Positions 35,190 through 35,211 of a stretch of 35,211 nucleotides of DNA are shown piece by piece. Source of the stretch: Octopus bimaculoides (Eukaryota); assembly GCF_001194135.2 (NCBI RefSeq), contig NC_068986.1:57069981-57105191 (forward strand), in the 5' to 3' direction. Within the stretch, counting starts at the first letter, position 1, and the number at the start of each line of letters is the position of its first letter. The notes beneath the pieces were generated by a model, which saw only the letters and a program-made list of their open reading frames with translations, was not told the DNA's origin and searched no databases. A program made the translations under genes and the position numbers.

Positions 35190-35211
35190 TATATACGACG
35201 GGCTTCTTTCA
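35190..35211 (-). mobile_element. Family A SINE 5' module, cut off by the window end
   Basis: Reverse complement TGAAAGAAGCCCGTCGTATATA matches 27328-27349. Confidence 0.75.

Noticed and set aside
1-35211. CRISPR arrays, operons or other prokaryotic systems
   Set aside because: No regularly spaced repeat-spacer array or gene-dense region; the sequence is eukaryotic repeat-rich DNA.

Overview
AT-rich eukaryotic non-coding DNA that is almost entirely repeat-derived. The SINE families and dense (TA)/(TACA)/(GA)/(CA) microsatellites resemble coleoid cephalopod (Octopus-like) sequence; this assignment is by recognition, not by a search. Nine N-gaps cover about 3.75 kb. No intact protein-coding gene is supported, and nearly all ORF-track entries are microsatellite or gap artefacts. 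Recognisable decayed mobile elements are two RTE LINE fragments (one with a precise 5' inversion), a CR1-like LINE 3' end, two Helitron relics, a rearranged mariner, several tRNA-derived SINE families, a small TA-flanked MITE and Penelope-like repeats. The most interesting signals are (i) type I hammerhead-ribozyme folds in the Penelope-like repeats, two of which share a non-canonical CCGAUGA core and one of which is preceded by a perfect 19-bp antisense arm, and (ii) an RTE insertion with twin-priming geometry. All alignments and folds were done by eye.
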